Source of the DNA: Callorhinchus milii
Taxonomy: Eukaryota
NCBI RefSeq assembly: GCF_018977255.1
Contig: NW_024704778.1
Span: forward strand, 496,001 to 560,000
DNA: 64,000 bases
Direction of reading: 5' to 3'
In this document: piece by piece, positions 1-14,533 of the stretch
Numbering within the stretch: the first letter of the stretch is position 1
Layout: the number at the start of each line of letters is the position of its first letter
The notes under the pieces: generated by a model
What the model was told of the DNA's origin: nothing
Seen by the model: only the letters and a program-made list of their open reading frames with translations
The model's database searches: none
Translations under genes and position numbers: made by a program

Positions 1-3000
1 CACACACCATTCACTTGTCTCACTAGCAATGGTTTAATCAGTTAACCCTGACCTGTGCCATGCCCTGCAACAGTGCAGTACAAATCTATTTTCTTTCAAT
101 TGGTGAAAGGCACGAGATAAGTCAACTGCTACAACCTCTTGACTTCGATGGCTACACTCTTATTCCTTCTTAATCTATTAAGATCTTGGCCTCACCATCT
201 CCTCTGGTCTCAGAACTTCAGATGTCATTACTAAAACTGCCCCTCGAAACTCAGTGCCTTGCATGGTAGATGAGGAGTCTTCAGTCATGATCTAAAAGAG
301 GGGAAGGAGGGGGTAAGGAGGCTGGAGCCAGTCGAGAGGAGGCAGCGGGTAGTGAAATGGAGAGAAAGCAGGTCAGAAAGTTAAGGAGGTACCAGGTCCT
401 GAAGGCAGATGTAAGTAGACTGGGCATTGAGCAACAATTTGCACACAAGACAGCTGGAGAAGCATTAAACTCTCAAGGCTGAAGATAGCAGAATACTATA
501 GCTCTTCTATGCACAAACATTACCTCGAATCATCATAAGCCCTTAACAACATTATCTAGCGATCACCAGCAATAACTTGTTGACGTGGGAAATACAGTAT
601 ATATTCAATAGCTGTCCTAAAATGTTAACTTTTTCTCATTAAACAGGCATACACTCATCTCCATTTCAATTCAATCCTTCAGTAATACATTCACAATGAA
701 GCCAGCAGAACGGAGGTAAATTAATTTCCATTCAAATATCAAAAACTCCAGTATTTCAGTCAGTCAGCCAGCCAGTCGAGCAGAATTATTCATCTCACCG
801 TTTCTCACTTACAATTGCTATTCAGATTGCCTCTCTCTGGAGTAGCGCCAGATTCCATTATGCCTCTACTCTTAAGATTAATACTTTAAAAGGTAATATC
901 CATCTCTAGCCCTGTTTCTGCAGCTAGATTCGTTTGAATAATAACTGTAGACTCCCCCCTCCCACCCCACACCCCATCGCACCTAAAAAACAATTCATAT
1001 TCACCGAGAGGCAAGTTAGGTTTTTTCAAATCTACATGGAACACCTCTTTGTAATGTCCACATACCCATTATAAATGTAAACACACATTACATGAGAGAT
1101 AATTCATTCACTAAAATGTGTCACAAAGCGTTTGAGAGCATCAGCTCAAAGCAAAACAGAATACAACAAATGCTGCCAAAGGGACTGTTTGCATTCTGAG
1201 GGAAAGGAGGGTGAAAACCAATTTCCAGCCTCGTGTTATAACATCTTGAATTGAATCAAAGACTTCACCGCATTTCTCGCCTATTTTCCACTCCTCAAAG
1301 CTTTCTGTTTCATTGTGAATGTGGAAGGAAGCTACACAGGGATCATACATTTGGATTCTAGATATATTAAGATTCTTGGACACAGCACCATACAACAATA
1401 ATACCTGCATTTGATATAGCGCCTTCTCGTGTCATTGTCAAGTCTCAAAGCGCTTCACAGAATATACTATAAAGTTCAGTGACTGTATACTTTGTGGCCG
1501 AAACGCGGCAGCCAATTGCACACAGCAGCATCCCACAAAGAGTCGTGGGTTGAGTGACCAAATTTGTAACTATTCTTTTAATACACTCTGGGCTCCCCCC
1601 AAGCCTTGCCTCTTGCCAACCTGCGCCTAATACTATCCAGAATTAGGTAAGCGGGGGGGCGTCCCTCCAAGTGGAGCGAGAGAGACAGAGCGAGTGCATT
1701 CCATTCCAATAATCCATCTCTGGGATTTCCATGTGGAGGTGGGAGGCATGGAATTCTCAGTTGGGTTTGGATATTCTTAAGCAACGGGGATGGGTTTCCA
1801 CGTGTGTCAGACACCTTGACTGGCCAGTGAGCTCAGTGAGAATAGCGTCCTCTGCAGAGCATCACAGCGGCCTGCGGTCGGCAACACACTCACATTCTGA
1901 CAAGTAACAGGTACCGCAATAAGCCCGGCACCTCCACAGGTTCAACATCACAAATATGCGTCTGACTTCGTTAGAGCATCGCTCCATTTCCCACACACAG
2001 ACACCGAGTGTGGCACTGACTCGAATACAATGTGCAGGAACGATGTGAAGATTGAACCATTAAATCATTAATGGAGAACATGATGAGAGCCAGCCAGGGT
2101 AAAACAGGAGGCATTGACTCAGGACTTGACATTCCTGACGACTGGAATTTTAATAATAGACCCATTACTTGTCAGAGGCGCAAAACATTTGTAGTGAGTA
2201 ATTTAGGTCAGATGATTTACAGACTGAAATTGCTGTGGAGCCTGGAACAGTCTCTCTGCTGCAAGCTTCTACCTGTCAGTCTCACACAGGCATTAGACGT
2301 TGGAAGAGATAAGAGTGTGATGCACCCAAATATGGAGAGTTCCCCCATGTGACACCCTCCCAAGACATTCACATGTGAATCTGGTAATAGTAAATAATCA
2401 TAATAATCCTCGCATTTGATACAGCGCCTTATCACATCTGTGAGACATCTCAAAGCGCTTCACAGAACATACTGGAAAGCGAAATGACTGTATTTTGTGG
2501 CAAAACATGGCAACCAATTATGCACAGCAGTCGTGAATTGAGAGACCAGATTTTTTTGGATTACTCCTGGAAAAGTCATCTGAGGCATGTGCAGTAAGGA
2601 CCTGGGTTCAATTCCCAGGTGGGTCAGGGCGAAACCTGAGGCAAGTTTCCTTACTCTGTTTACCTAGCAGTAAGTAGGAATCCGGGTCCTCTCACTTGCG
2701 AGGTGCTTCAAGCACTCCGGAACGCTACCCTGCACTATATAAATGCAATTTGTTGTTGTTTATGCTCGCGACACCGGAGAAAGGTAAAGAAAGAGGACAA
2801 AGAACGGACATTTCAGGCAACAAAAAAAATGAATTTCCAGATTATAAATCATTCATGCTCCACTTCTAGGACAAAACTATGTTAAATAATAGACCAATAG
2901 TATTGATCTCCAGCCTGCTGCAACATGGTTAAGTGCCTTGGAAATGTTTCTCTTCAGCTAGTCTGGATTGAAGTTTAATTAATGAGCATTGCTGGTGAAA

Positions 3001-4074
3001 TCTTTTGAGTCTCGGAAGACCCAATCCTTTCATGTATCCATAACAGAAGCTAGGTGTCGAGCACTTTGGTTCACTTGCTCTTTCAGAAATTGTATTCAAT
3101 TTCCTCAGGAATCCCCACTCTATATAATCTGCCACGCTCCGAGGATCATAGAATCAGAAGGAGGCCATTCAGCCCATCGTGGCAAGAGCTACCAACCAGT
3201 CCCACTCCCCCTCCTCTTACCCCACAACCCTGCACATGTTTTCTTATCAGGTAGCTAGCCAAGGAGGAGGTAGGTTTGGAGAGCTGCATCTCAGAGCGTG
3301 GGAAACCCCATGAGCTGACTCAAGGATTAAGAGCGGTTGGAGAGGACAGGTCTATATGGCGTTGGCAGAGGTTGAGAGGAGCAAGGCCTTGGAGGGCTTT
3401 GACGGCAAATTTGACTCGGGTCCAAATCCCTGACTATCCAATGTCTTGGGACGTCCTTCCAACGTGAAAGGCGCTATACAAATGTAGTTTTGCATTGTTG
3501 TATTGTATATATTTACACCAGTATAGTTCAACAACAGGTAAAAAATTGTGACCAATTGACCTGGAAGGTTGTTGGCCAAGACAGCAGAACAAACTGCCTT
3601 GTGTTTGCCAATAGTATCATGAGAACATCACCGTCTACATGAACAGGCCCCAGTTTAACGTCTCTTCCAAAGCAGGTATACCAGAGAGATGGTTTAACAT
3701 AAATAGTTGTGATAGTATTGCTGTACAACTACCTGGTTAACAACCATCTGGATGATAATGGAGTTTTACTACTACATTGACATCAGTGTGATGAAGTCAA
3801 GTTATAGTTGTAATAGACTGGCTGTTCAGCTACCTGGGTTAAGCACCATCTGCTGCCTCTATTAGCGAGTTTTAGTATCATATTCACATTGATGTGATTG
3901 AATCACGTCTCAAACTGGAAAACAGAAGTGGCTGTGCAGACTCACTGCTCACTGTGTTAAGAGGAAGAATGCACCACTTTATAAAGAGGAGACTTATGAG
4001 AGTTTTACTGTAGATATGTCTTCTGCTCCGCCACTGTCAAGCGCTCTGAGACTGCGTGTGGGGTGCTGTGTAAA

Positions 4075-4230
4075 CACAAGTTATTGTTCCAGCCGTGCCA
4101 CCAAGTTACCTTTAACACCGCATGCTTTAATTTTCTCAGCACTGGAACCTTATCAAACGCTTTGTAAAAATCCATAACGTGTTCCCAAAAAGTCAATTAG
4201 GCGAGTGAAACACGACTTGCCCTTTGCAAG
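4075..4230 (-). mobile_element. CR1-type LINE reverse-transcriptase fragment
   Basis: Degenerate MDFYKAFDKVP..LRKLKH..., the conserved CR1 RT DFxKAFDKVPH motif. Confidence 0.65.
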
Positions 4231-5139
4231 CAGCGGAATTAAAATCTAAACTTGAGAAACCATGGGAAAAGGACACCGAGATTGAAAAGAGAATGCAAAA
4301 TCAAGAGTACTGCGGAGAAAAATATATCACACAAACACCAACAGATAGAAATGTTGATTTATATGTTTCCCTGCCAATGCTATTTACGTAACAAAATCCA
4401 ACTGTCTTACATTAACCCCGAGATCGTTGCGTGTCAGATAGATAGAGAGATGGGTGTGTACAGTGAACAAAAATATATTAGAAAGACAGAGAAAACACAG
4501 CGTTAGGCCAAATAGATGGATGATCAGAAAGCTTCCATTTTCACCATATTACTCTTACGAAAACAGATCAGAGCCACAGGAACAGACCGTTCACAGCTGA
4601 ACGCAGTGAACACAAGACCACAATCCAATCCTGGACACTTTATGAAATGATCTCAACCTTCCAGTCAGGTCATAACCATGTAATTCAATGCCTAATTAAT
4701 TACCGCTGGCCATTGATTTTTACCTCCTGCAAAACTAAAAGGGTTTGCTTTCAGAATTACTTCTATTTGGAACACTCTAAACCAGTCTCTACCTGAGGTC
4801 TCTCACCATGTTACAACAACAACAACTTGCATTTGCACAGCGCCCCTCACACAGTGTTGTGTCCCAGAGCGCTCGACAGTGGCAGAGCATGACGCCAAAC
4901 CTGGGGGAGGGAGGGGGGAGGTGACCCGAGGCACTGTCGAAGAGGAAGGTCTTCATGTTCGAAGCGGAGCCTGTGCAGAACCTCAGGGTCTTGATTAAAC
5001 CATTAACAATGTGCATACAGTAATGACCAGGTTTCTCCTCCTTGACCCCAGTGTTGGTACAATGGGGTATTCAGGCCCCCTCCCGACCTCAGTGAGGCCA
5101 CCACCTCCAGTGTTAGCTGATGTTTATTGGTTGGTTTAC

Positions 5140-5302
5140 CTCAATGCGCCCGGTGTCAGGCTGGAAGCCTCGGGCTGGATCCTCTGTGGTGACACGGCAC
5201 TGGATGGCACAGCCATTAATGCGGATCGTCTCCTGCTTCAGGCCAAGCTCCGGTAAGGACCTTCCCTCCGCCACGTGGATTTGTGCGTGAACAAGATCAA
5301 CA
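5140..5302 (-). CDS. PC: Pyruvate carboxylase, coding exon 8 (163 nt); gene continues left of the window
   Basis: ccag|T GTT GAT...ATT GAG|gtaaac; encodes [54 protein letters not shown] (biotin carboxylase domain). Cumulative CDS to here is 1185 nt in frame. Confidence 0.97.
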
Positions 5303-8300
5303 CTGGGTACAAGGGAAACAAACACACAAGATGATGAGTTACTATAATAATAATCCTTGCATTTGATACAGTGCCTTATCATTTCGTTGAGACGTCTCAA
5401 AGCGCTTCACAGGATATACTGTAACGTGTAGTGACTGTATATAGTGTAAAGTGAATTGATGTAAGATTCTATGAAATCGTATTTCACCCAGCGGAGGGTG
5501 TGGTCCGTGATGGCCGGAGGGAGGTGACAAGAGACCGATCACTTGGGTTCAGTCAGGAGAACTTAAAGGGGGAGTGGGGGAGGTGATGAGGAGTTTGACT
5601 TTAATGACAGAATGATTTCCTCTCCCATCATTTTCTATCTTGCAGCTGCCATTAATATTTAAACAAACCTGATGTCTCCCACCACAACTGGATACCATCC
5701 ATCATAGTCAAGGAACAGCATTACCAAATCACAAACAATTCAGTTGCAACCATTACCCAACCAGGGGGGAGACTAATGCTGACTGATGCCACAATGCTTC
5801 TCCTTCATCAGCAGTTTTGTGTGGACCGCTGGCTTTCCCAAGTGGAATCACAAGACATTTCTGCGCACAGAGGGTTTGCCAGAATGCGGAACGTACGGCC
5901 CCAGAAGGCAACGGATGAAAAATGGACTGAGTTGTTCAATAACAATAATATTGCTATGTAAACAGAGGTGTACATGTGTGGAGTAAGGAAACTTGCCTAA
6001 GGTTTCGCCCTGCCCGTGAATCGAACCCAGGTCCTCTCGCTTGCGAGGCGAGTTCTCTAACCATTGAGCTACAACACTCCATGAATGGCACTGTCTTATA
6101 AACAGAAAGTCAGCTGCTAGCAGTTCCTCGAGAAGCACTTTCAAGACGCTTTGTGCTACAAGTTCTCAATGCTTCAGTGACATCACTCCCATACCCTGCT
6201 CTTTCCCCCCATTCCCTTTTAAATCAACCTTTCGCTGTGTAGAACACTGCACTGTTCTCCCGAGACTGGTTGAAAGCGGGTGTGTTTGGTGAAGGCAGAT
6301 TAGCAGACTAAATGATGGGAGACGGAGAGAAGAATGAAATGATTATCCTGTGTGAATAATTGCCAATGATTTGCCGGCATTGAGTACAAGTCAAGTGAGG
6401 AATGGGAACGGGCCCATTTTCTCATCTACCTGAACACTTCTTGAAAATGATTCCCATTAAGGCAGACATTTTGCAGGCATGACATAATTAGAAATAGTGT
6501 TTGAATCCCCAGGACGAGAGGTGTTACGATTATCACAAAGGACCATTTTCCTGCTCAGACTTCACGGCACTTGAAGAGGAAAGAAACTGAATCTTGTTTT
6601 GTTAAAAGTACTCCCACTCACCCAATGTAACAGAAATTGTAGAGAAGACAGAATAATAATAATCCTTGCATTTGATACAGCGCCTTATCACGTCGTTGAG
6701 ACGTCTCATAGTGCTTCATGGAATATACTGTAAAGTGTAGTGACTGTATATTTTGTGAGAGAAACGCAGCAGCCAATTGTTCACAGCAGTATGAGCAAAT
6801 TATTTATTTCTTACTTTTTTTTAAAAAAGGCATTATTACCCCCAGAAAGCGATCCACCAATCAACTAACAAGTGGGTTCTTATTTCCTGCTAGGTAAACA
6901 GAGGGAGGTAGGTGGGTGTGTGTGCGCGTGGAGTAAGGAAACTTGCCTAAGGTTTCTTTCTTCAATTTGATAGAGCTTGAAATCCAGGAATGAGTTGTCT
7001 GGACTTTTGACAAGTGCCGCGCCTTGGAAGCAGAATCTCACAATCTACTTTGTCAAGAACAAAAACATTGGGTCTCTGTGCCCGGCACACAAATGGAGCT
7101 TTATTAAAAATTAAATAGAGGCTTTTCACTGTGGCATTTAAACCCTTGCTGTGACGCCAAGGTGGGGCTTTGGCTGTTTATTGCCATAGCCAGAGTCCTC
7201 CCAGCAAGGAGAGAGAGATTAATATATTTGGTTGAAAAGCCAGGTCAAGAACATTTTTATTTACTCTCCCTCCAACTGCCAGAACTCCCCTAGCCCTAAA
7301 TCTAAGTGCTTACCCCACGGCTGTTTGACTCGCTCTTAAATATTTCAATAAAAGAAGTCAATGGTGACACCAAGTGCATTTTTATCAGGGTTCGAGCTAA
7401 CTGCCCAATCTAAAAAACAAACCAGAAAGAGAAAAGCCTTTGTTTTCTATCGACGACGTAGCTCCAAGCTGCACCATAATTGCTTCAGCATGTAACATAA
7501 ACATGTCAAAGGTTCCCAACACTGTTGATGTATGGTGCGAATGCAGCATTCGATGCATTGTTTTATTTCAGGAGGATATATTCTGACAGCCCCCCCACAC
7601 CCCCCGTTGAAGGTGACCCATTCAAAAGAGCATTGTTATTGCAATCTCAAAAAGCTTAATTGATTGGAGGATCGCTTTCCGGGGTTAATAATCCCTCGTC
7701 CCAAAAAATGTAGTAGTCACTAAATCCACGGCTATTTGTGGGACACTGCTGTGTGCAATTGGCTGCCGAGTTTCACCCACAAAACGCAGTCTCTACACTT
7801 TACAATATATTCTGTGAAGCGCTTTGAGGGGTTTCAACGACGTGATAAGGCACTATATCAAATGCAAGGATTATTATTATTACACCCAGGATCTGGGCTA
7901 GTGGTGGAGACTATGAAAGGAATGAAATTTCTAAACGTTTACAACAATCCTTGCATTTCCAGCAAATCCCTGACTGTGCAGCGCCTTGGAAAGTCCTCCC
8001 GACATGAAAGGCGCTATACAATTGTCGTTTGTATTGTATTGTATTTGATGCAGCACCTTTTTATGTTGGGAAGAAATCCCGATACAAATAAGTGGGCAGT
8101 GTTATTTTGTGGGCAAAAACAGAAGCCAATTTGCTCACAGCAAAACCTCTCAAACAGCTATGAAGTGAGATCAACCAATTTTATCGAGGGGATGGGGAAT
8201 GTTGACTCATTTCCCGCTTTGGACAGACAGGACAATAATTTGGGCTGAAAGGTTTCATTCTCCTCCTCCTCCTTCCCCCTCACCATCACCCACGACCAGC

Positions 8301-9974
8301 ATTAAATTACACGTTCCAACCATTTGGTTCTTTCTTTAAAATAAAATAGAATAAAATAAAACGAGCTGCCTCTGGTTAAGTATTATTAAAAGGTCTATAA
8401 AATAAGACAGCAAACCTCATATAAAATCTAAAGTCCATTTATCCTTTATGTATTATACACTAACCATGAGATACTGAGAGTTCGTGAATAATGTAACAGG
8501 AAGGTAATGCGATTTTTTTTTTTGAGTTGAACTTGCACCCGGTTTAATACAATCTTCATGTCTCCCCAATCTGCCCGTCCCCACTCAGCCAATCTCCTAT
8601 AAAACCTGCCCTCTCCCCTCCATCCAGCACCCCCTCCCTCCCCCCTCCACTGTGCAGTCAGTCGCTGCACTTGCACTGTGTCGTCTGTCTCTCTACAGAG
8701 AGCCCACGTGCAGAGCCACATGCTGCCCCAAGGCTATCTCACGCAGAATAGAAAAGTCTTGAAGATATGATTGTTGAATCAGTACAGCTCCGAGCTGAAT
8801 GCTTCCTTTGTGTGAGAGTAAACACACAAATTCAGTAAGACACCGTTCAGCCAAGCAAGACTGGAATTTTAACACTAACAGGCACGAGTGGGGAAAATGG
8901 CCTGTTTCCACCAACATTTCTGTGCAATTCCACTCTTCTACTTTAATAGATAATGTCAGATCTTTTAATCTCATTGCCCCAAACACATTATTTATTTATT
9001 TTTGGCCAGCCAATTCTCTGACACACGCGGAAACCCAACACCAGGCTTAAAAGAGTCTCGAAACCAGGCTGAGAATTCCACACATCCTACCTACACATGG
9101 AAATCCCAGAGATGGATTGATGGAATGTAATGGACTTTCTCTCGGATCCAAGCCAAGATCCAGCAAGTCTTTTAAGGGGATTCCCTGGTGAAAACGCTGC
9201 TTAAAACAGCATGACTGACAAGGCATCTCAGAATTTTGTTTCCCCTCAGGGGGTGGGCGGGTGGCTGGGAGGAATGCCGATTTCTATATGGACTGGCTGA
9301 ATGAATTAAGAGAGGGCAAGTGTTCAGGTCTCCTCACGTTCACAGCGAGGGCATCGTTTGTAAATCTAATCGAGCATCCTTTAACGTTTGAGTTAGAAAG
9401 CATTGAACACCCAGGCTAGACAGCTGGTGGCACAGCAGGTCACCGTTCCCGCATGATGTCTGGCAGGGAAGCGAGTGGGAAACAGGTGCTTCCGACGGAG
9501 GTGAGGGAGGTGCGATGACGAGGCGAGACACTAAGCACATTAAATCGGCTTGTCGCAGTTGGAAGCTGTCTCGCCTCCAGGTCAGAAGGTACAGTAGTGT
9601 GGTGGTACCCAGACCGGAAGGCACACGGTCCATTCACTCTACTCTAGAGGTTGTATAAACTGAATTACGCAATGAATTACACCAGAAAAACAGCCACAAC
9701 ACTTACTGGATCGTTTACTTGCCCACACAACACACAGTCACTCCACTTTACCACCAGCCGGGGCAGGCTCGAGGGGCCGAATGGCCTATTCCTGCTCCTA
9801 TTTCTTATGTTCTTTATAGTACATCCTGAGAAGCACTTTGAGACACCCTCCTGACATTTTGGTTTTATGCCGGGCATCTGACACACGCGGAAACCCATCA
9901 CTGTGCTTCAGAGTCTCCAAACCAAACTAAAAATTCCATGGGTCCCACCTCCACGTGGAAATCCCAGAGATGAT

Positions 9975-10352
9975 GATAATAATAATCATCCTTGCGTTTG
10001 ATACAGCATTTTATCACACCGTGATAAAGCGCTTCACAGCATGTACTGTGAAGTGCAGTGACTGCGTACTTTGTGGCGAAACGCAGCAGCCAATTGCGCA
10101 CAGCAGTGTCCCACAAACAGTCGTGGATTGAGTGATCGAATTATTATTATTTTTTGTGAAGGGATTATTAACCTCGGCAAGAGATCCGCCAATCGATTAA
10201 CAAGCACGTTCCTGCTTACTGCTAGGTAAACAGCAGTACATGTGGAGTAAAGAAACTTACCCAAGGTTTTGCCCTGCCCCACCCGGGAATCAAACCCAGG
10301 TCCTCTCGCTTGTGAGGCGAGCGCTCTAACTACTAAGCTACAGAACTCCAAA
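9975..10352 (-). mobile_element. tRNA-derived SINE (Deu-type core, L2-like tail), near full length
   Basis: Reverse complement of head ggagttctgtagcttagtagttagagcgc...ggtttgattcccgg, core tgctgtgcgcaattggctgc, and tail atcaaacgcaaggatgattatt. Confidence 0.85.
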
Positions 10353-11865
10353 ATTAGAGTTTTTTTTTTTAAAATGACATCCCACTTGTCATTTACATAA
10401 GCTGTGTTAACAAGAAATCACACATCATCCTCCCCAACACTCGCAGTTTTTAAATTAAAATCAAACAATTACTGGATCATAGCATGAAAGTGACTCGGGT
10501 AAATCAATGCAATCTGTTTACCTCAAATGATTTATGGCTAACCGATGCAGTGCAACTAAATAACTCCAGCAAATAATGCTTCACTCTATTCATTCCCCCG
10601 CCTCCAACCCACACCAAACACAGCATCAAATGCCAGGATTATTATGCACAGCGACACCCCTTTTAAACTTCAGTAAACTGCAGGTTTCACATAATAATGA
10701 TACAGCGCCTTATCAGATCCTTGGGACTTCCTCCTGACGTGAAAGGCGCTATACAAATGTAATTTTGTATTATTGAGACATCGCAAAGAGCTTCACAAGG
10801 ATATACTGTAAAGTGTAGTGACTGTGGGTTTTGTGGGGAAACGCGGCAGCCAGTTGTGCACAGCACAGGATGCCACAAACAGCCTGTGAAGTGAACTACC
10901 AATTGCCCTGGAGAATTTTTGCTTGAGGACTGGCAAAGATTTATATAGCGGCCTTCACATGGGTAGCGCCACGCACACTCCAGGGAAGTATTGGGGACAT
11001 GATCTGCGGTGTCGTCCTTTGGATAATATATTAACTCAGTCTGTTTGTTCTTCAAGTGGATGTTAAGCCCTCCACGACCTTGCTCCTCCCTACCACTGTA
11101 ACCTACTAACTCCATTTCGACCTGCGCGCTCCCTCTGCTCAGCAGACTCATCTCAAGACCTTCCTCTTCGACCTCGCCTTAGGTCACCCTCCTACCCCCA
11201 CCCTGCCCGCCCTCCACCCTTCCTAATCCCAATCCCCAGCTCGGGTCCAAATCCCTGATTCGCCTCTTGGGATGATGCCCTCTCGACGTGAAAGGTGCTA
11301 CGTACATGTAATGTGTTGTTGTTAAAGATCCCAGACTTTATACGAGAAGGACTTTTCTCTCAGCATCTTGGCCAACAATCATCCTTTTAAATCAGTCATT
11401 CGCTTCAAAGTAACATGACGGTAATTACTGTAAACCCTTTCAGGCGTTAAGACCCTGTCTAAATGCAATTTTCCTCTCTGGCTCCTTGCTTACCAGTCAG
11501 AGGCTGGAGATATTTGTAATATGTTTAATAGTCCTCTTTTTCAAGCACTTATCCAATACCCTATTTAGAGAATTGACAGAAAACAACAAATTGCATTTAT
11601 ATATATCGTCGTCACGCATCGTGAAGGACAGAGGCGAGTGAAGTAAGGAAGGACGATATATAAAGTCAATTTGCTCAAAAATGTCGGAGAGCACTCAACA
11701 ATGGCAGAGTTTGACTCCGAGCTGGGAGGAAGGGGAGGTGTGAGGCAAGGGTCATGCAGAAGGTTTGTTCCTTGACGAGACGCCACCTCAACTATGATTT
11801 ACTGCAGAGAATTTCGTAGCCCCCCCCACCTCCAAAACTCTATCTACTGAACATCATTAAGTTTG

Positions 11866-12224
11866 TGGAGTCCTGTAACTCAGTGGTTAGAGCACTCGCC
11901 GCACAAGCAAGAGGACCTGGGTTTGATTCCTGACTGGGTCAGGGTGAAACCTTAGGCAAGTTTCCTCACTTCACGCGCCTCTGTTTACCTCGCAGTAAGT
12001 ATCAAGCCGGTTGTTAGGAGATTGGCAGATCGCTTTTCCGGGAGTAATAATCCCTTCACATAAAAATTATAATAATAATTGGATTACTCAATCCACGACT
12101 GTTTGTGGGACCATGCTCTGCACAATTGGCTGCCGCGTTTCGTCAACAAAACATTTTGTGAAGTGCTTTGAGACGTCTCCAAGACCTGATAAGGTGCTGT
12201 GTCAAATACAAGGATTATTATTAT
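11866..12224 (+). mobile_element. tRNA-derived SINE, near full length
   Basis: gtggagtcctgtaactcagtggttagagcactcgcc (A box), ggtttgattcc (B box), gtgaagtgctttgagacgtc...aaggattattatta tail. Confidence 0.85.
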
Positions 12225-12462
12225 TCACTCACATAAATCTCGGCTGCTTGCGAGCCTGTGATCTGTCGCTAACAGAAGGAAGGTAAAGTGAAAAGCAGGC
12301 CGTCCCCAGAGAATCAAACAACAGCTCGTTGTTTCCTGCTCGCACTGTGATCACAGAAGCCATTTCCTCCAGTTTGCTCCCGGCGCTTCCACCATCTCAT
12401 TAACTGCACCTAAAACGCCTGTAGATTTCCCCATTATCATTAATTAGCCACAAAGTACTCAC

Positions 12463-12581
12463 TGAGTGATCTCCTCAGTGACTGTGTGCTCCACTTGCAG
12501 CCTGGCGTTGACCTCAATGAAGAAGTGCTTGCCATGCTTGTCCACCAGAAACTCCACAGTGCCCGCATTCTCGTAGTTCAC
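12463..12581 (-). CDS. PC: Pyruvate carboxylase, coding exon 7 (119 nt)
   Basis: tttag|GTG AAC TAC GAG...ATC ACT CA|gtgagt; encodes [39 protein letters not shown]. Not in the ORF track. Confidence 0.97.
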
Positions 12582-13469
12582 CTAAATGGGGAGAGCAGCG
12601 AAATACATTAAAAAAAACTAGATTAAAAAAAAATAACGTGGTCACTCAATCCACGACTGTTTGTGGGGACGTCACTGGGCGCAATCGGTCACAAAATACA
12701 GTCACCGCACTTTATAGTATATTCTGTGAAGCGCTTTGAGACGCCTCGAAGACATGAAATAGGCCCTGTATCAAATGCCAGGATTATTCTTATTCTGCTT
12801 CACGAGGAGGGAGCGTGAAGGGCACAACAGGGATATGTTTTGCGGCTATAGAGGGAGGGAGCTACATGGACTGCATGTCCTTTCACATTCCCTATGTATC
12901 CCGATTTTCTCGCAGATCACAACCATAGCGTTTTTTTTCTCTTAATAGCTCAGTGCCATCTAGCGGCAAGTATTAGATAGAACAGCAAAGCACTGGCACA
13001 TTCTGGTCCATGGATTGCACCACTCTGTGGCGAGAACCAGGCACACGTTATTTAACTGCATTATTTAACGACGACTTGCATTTACATTGCACCTTTACAC
13101 AGCATTTAACAGCAGCGCGGCCTGACGCCAAGCCAGACAGGGAGGGGAGGTGGCCGAAGCCACAGGCATGATCGGAAGATGGCTTTCCAATGCTTTAAGA
13201 AACGGGAATGATTTACCAGCTAGCTCGCTACGCTGTTCATAACCACAACCCAGATAGATGTGTGCAAATGGTTGATTTGATATTACACACTGCACTTCTC
13301 TCTCTCCCCCCCTCTCCCCTGACCTCCACAAGATAAATAGCATCTTGAAAATCGACTGTGTTGAGCAGACTAACCACTTGTCGGCCTCCCCAACCCTTCC
13401 CTCCACAAGCTGCAGATCATTCAGAACTCTGCAGCTCCTGTCCTACACCAGGCACTGTGACCTATCACC

Positions 13470-13878
13470 CTCGCCCTAACCAGCTAACCAATGACCGAAT
13501 TCAGGCTCCTCATCCCCTCATCCTCGCCTTCAAAGCCCTCCATAGCCTCGCTCCTCCCTACCTCTATTGACGTGTCCATTCCTTCCACACAGCGGGCTCT
13601 GGCCTGCTCCACGTTCCCCGCCCGGCCCATCTCACAATTAGCAGCGTCTCTGCCCCCATCCTTTTGAATTCCATCCTCCGCCTCGCTCCCTCCCTTGCCT
13701 CCTTCAAGGCCTGTCTAAAGACTCTCCTCTTCGACCACGCCTTCGGCTACCGTCCTACCCCACCCTCCCCCACTCCTGATCCCAACCACCAGCTCGGGTC
13801 CTAATCCCTGACTGTTCGGTACCTTGGGACGTCCTCCCAAAGTGGAAGGCACGGTGTAAATTGAATCTGTTGTTGTTA
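13470..13878 (+). mobile_element. L2-clade LINE 3' end fragment
   Basis: LILAFKALHSLAPPYL ORF2 C-terminal motif, then cagctcgggtc...ccttgggacgtcctccc...gttgttgtt tail. Confidence 0.75.
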
Positions 13879-14210
13879 CCTCTTTGGTGTGAAGTACTGT
13901 AGATAATTAAGCATTTGACGTCCTATCAGCTAAAGTGGGCTTCAATCAAGTGCTCGTGGGTGATCAACCTTAGCCTGTGTATTTTTAATTACTTGGCTGC
14001 TTACCAGTGAAATCCCCATTTAATGAACAGCCATAGAATCCCAAGAGAGTCATCGGAGGCCAGAATTTGCCTTAAAATTTAAGATGTCACAGGATTGAGG
14101 AGAGAGAGAGAGAGTTCTTAGCAATTCCCTCAGTCGTAAAGCCAGTGTCCCTGCAATTCTTCAAAATTAAGAGGGAATTTGAGAAGCCCGATGGTTGAGC
14201 TGGAAATTTG

Positions 14211-14533
14211 GGCCTGAAAACTGAGAATTCCCCACATCCCACCGCCACATAGGAATCCCAGAGATAGACTGTGGTAATGGAATGCTCTCTCTCTCTCCCT
14301 GGAGTATTAGGCGCAGGTTGGGCGAGAGCCGAGGTTTGGGGGGAGCCGAGTGTGCGTTGGGGTAACTGCTAGAGTCTACCCAGCTAAACCCACATAGCTT
14401 GCCTATGGAGAGCGCGGTCTGGCAAGCTTTCCCACTGCTTGTCCAGCTAGGATCACCCACCCGTTAGTTAGGGGTTTGACTGCAGGGTTAACAGGAGCTG
14501 AGTGGGAGGATTCCCTGCCCCCAGTGACTGACA
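14211..14533. mobile_element. Unclassified interspersed repeat (MITE-like family), copy
   Basis: ggagtattaggcgcaggttgg...ggggtaactgc...gcagggttaacaggagctg...ccctgcc shared with 56320-56585. Overlapping segments at about 1585-1825, 9015-9140, 9870-9975, 25240-25525, 26950-27060, 36220-36325 and 46000-46190. Confidence 0.75.

Noticed and set aside
1-5139. Next PC exon (VFRSGEGMG...RGVK) and the nested LRFN4 gene known from the human locus
   Set aside because: No matching sequence found by eye on either strand; presumably left of the window.
7736-8248. 170-aa ORF and similar ORFs containing QSLHFT...KRFE...[12 protein letters not shown]
   Set aside because: The recurrent peptide is just the SINE tail translated; not a protein family.
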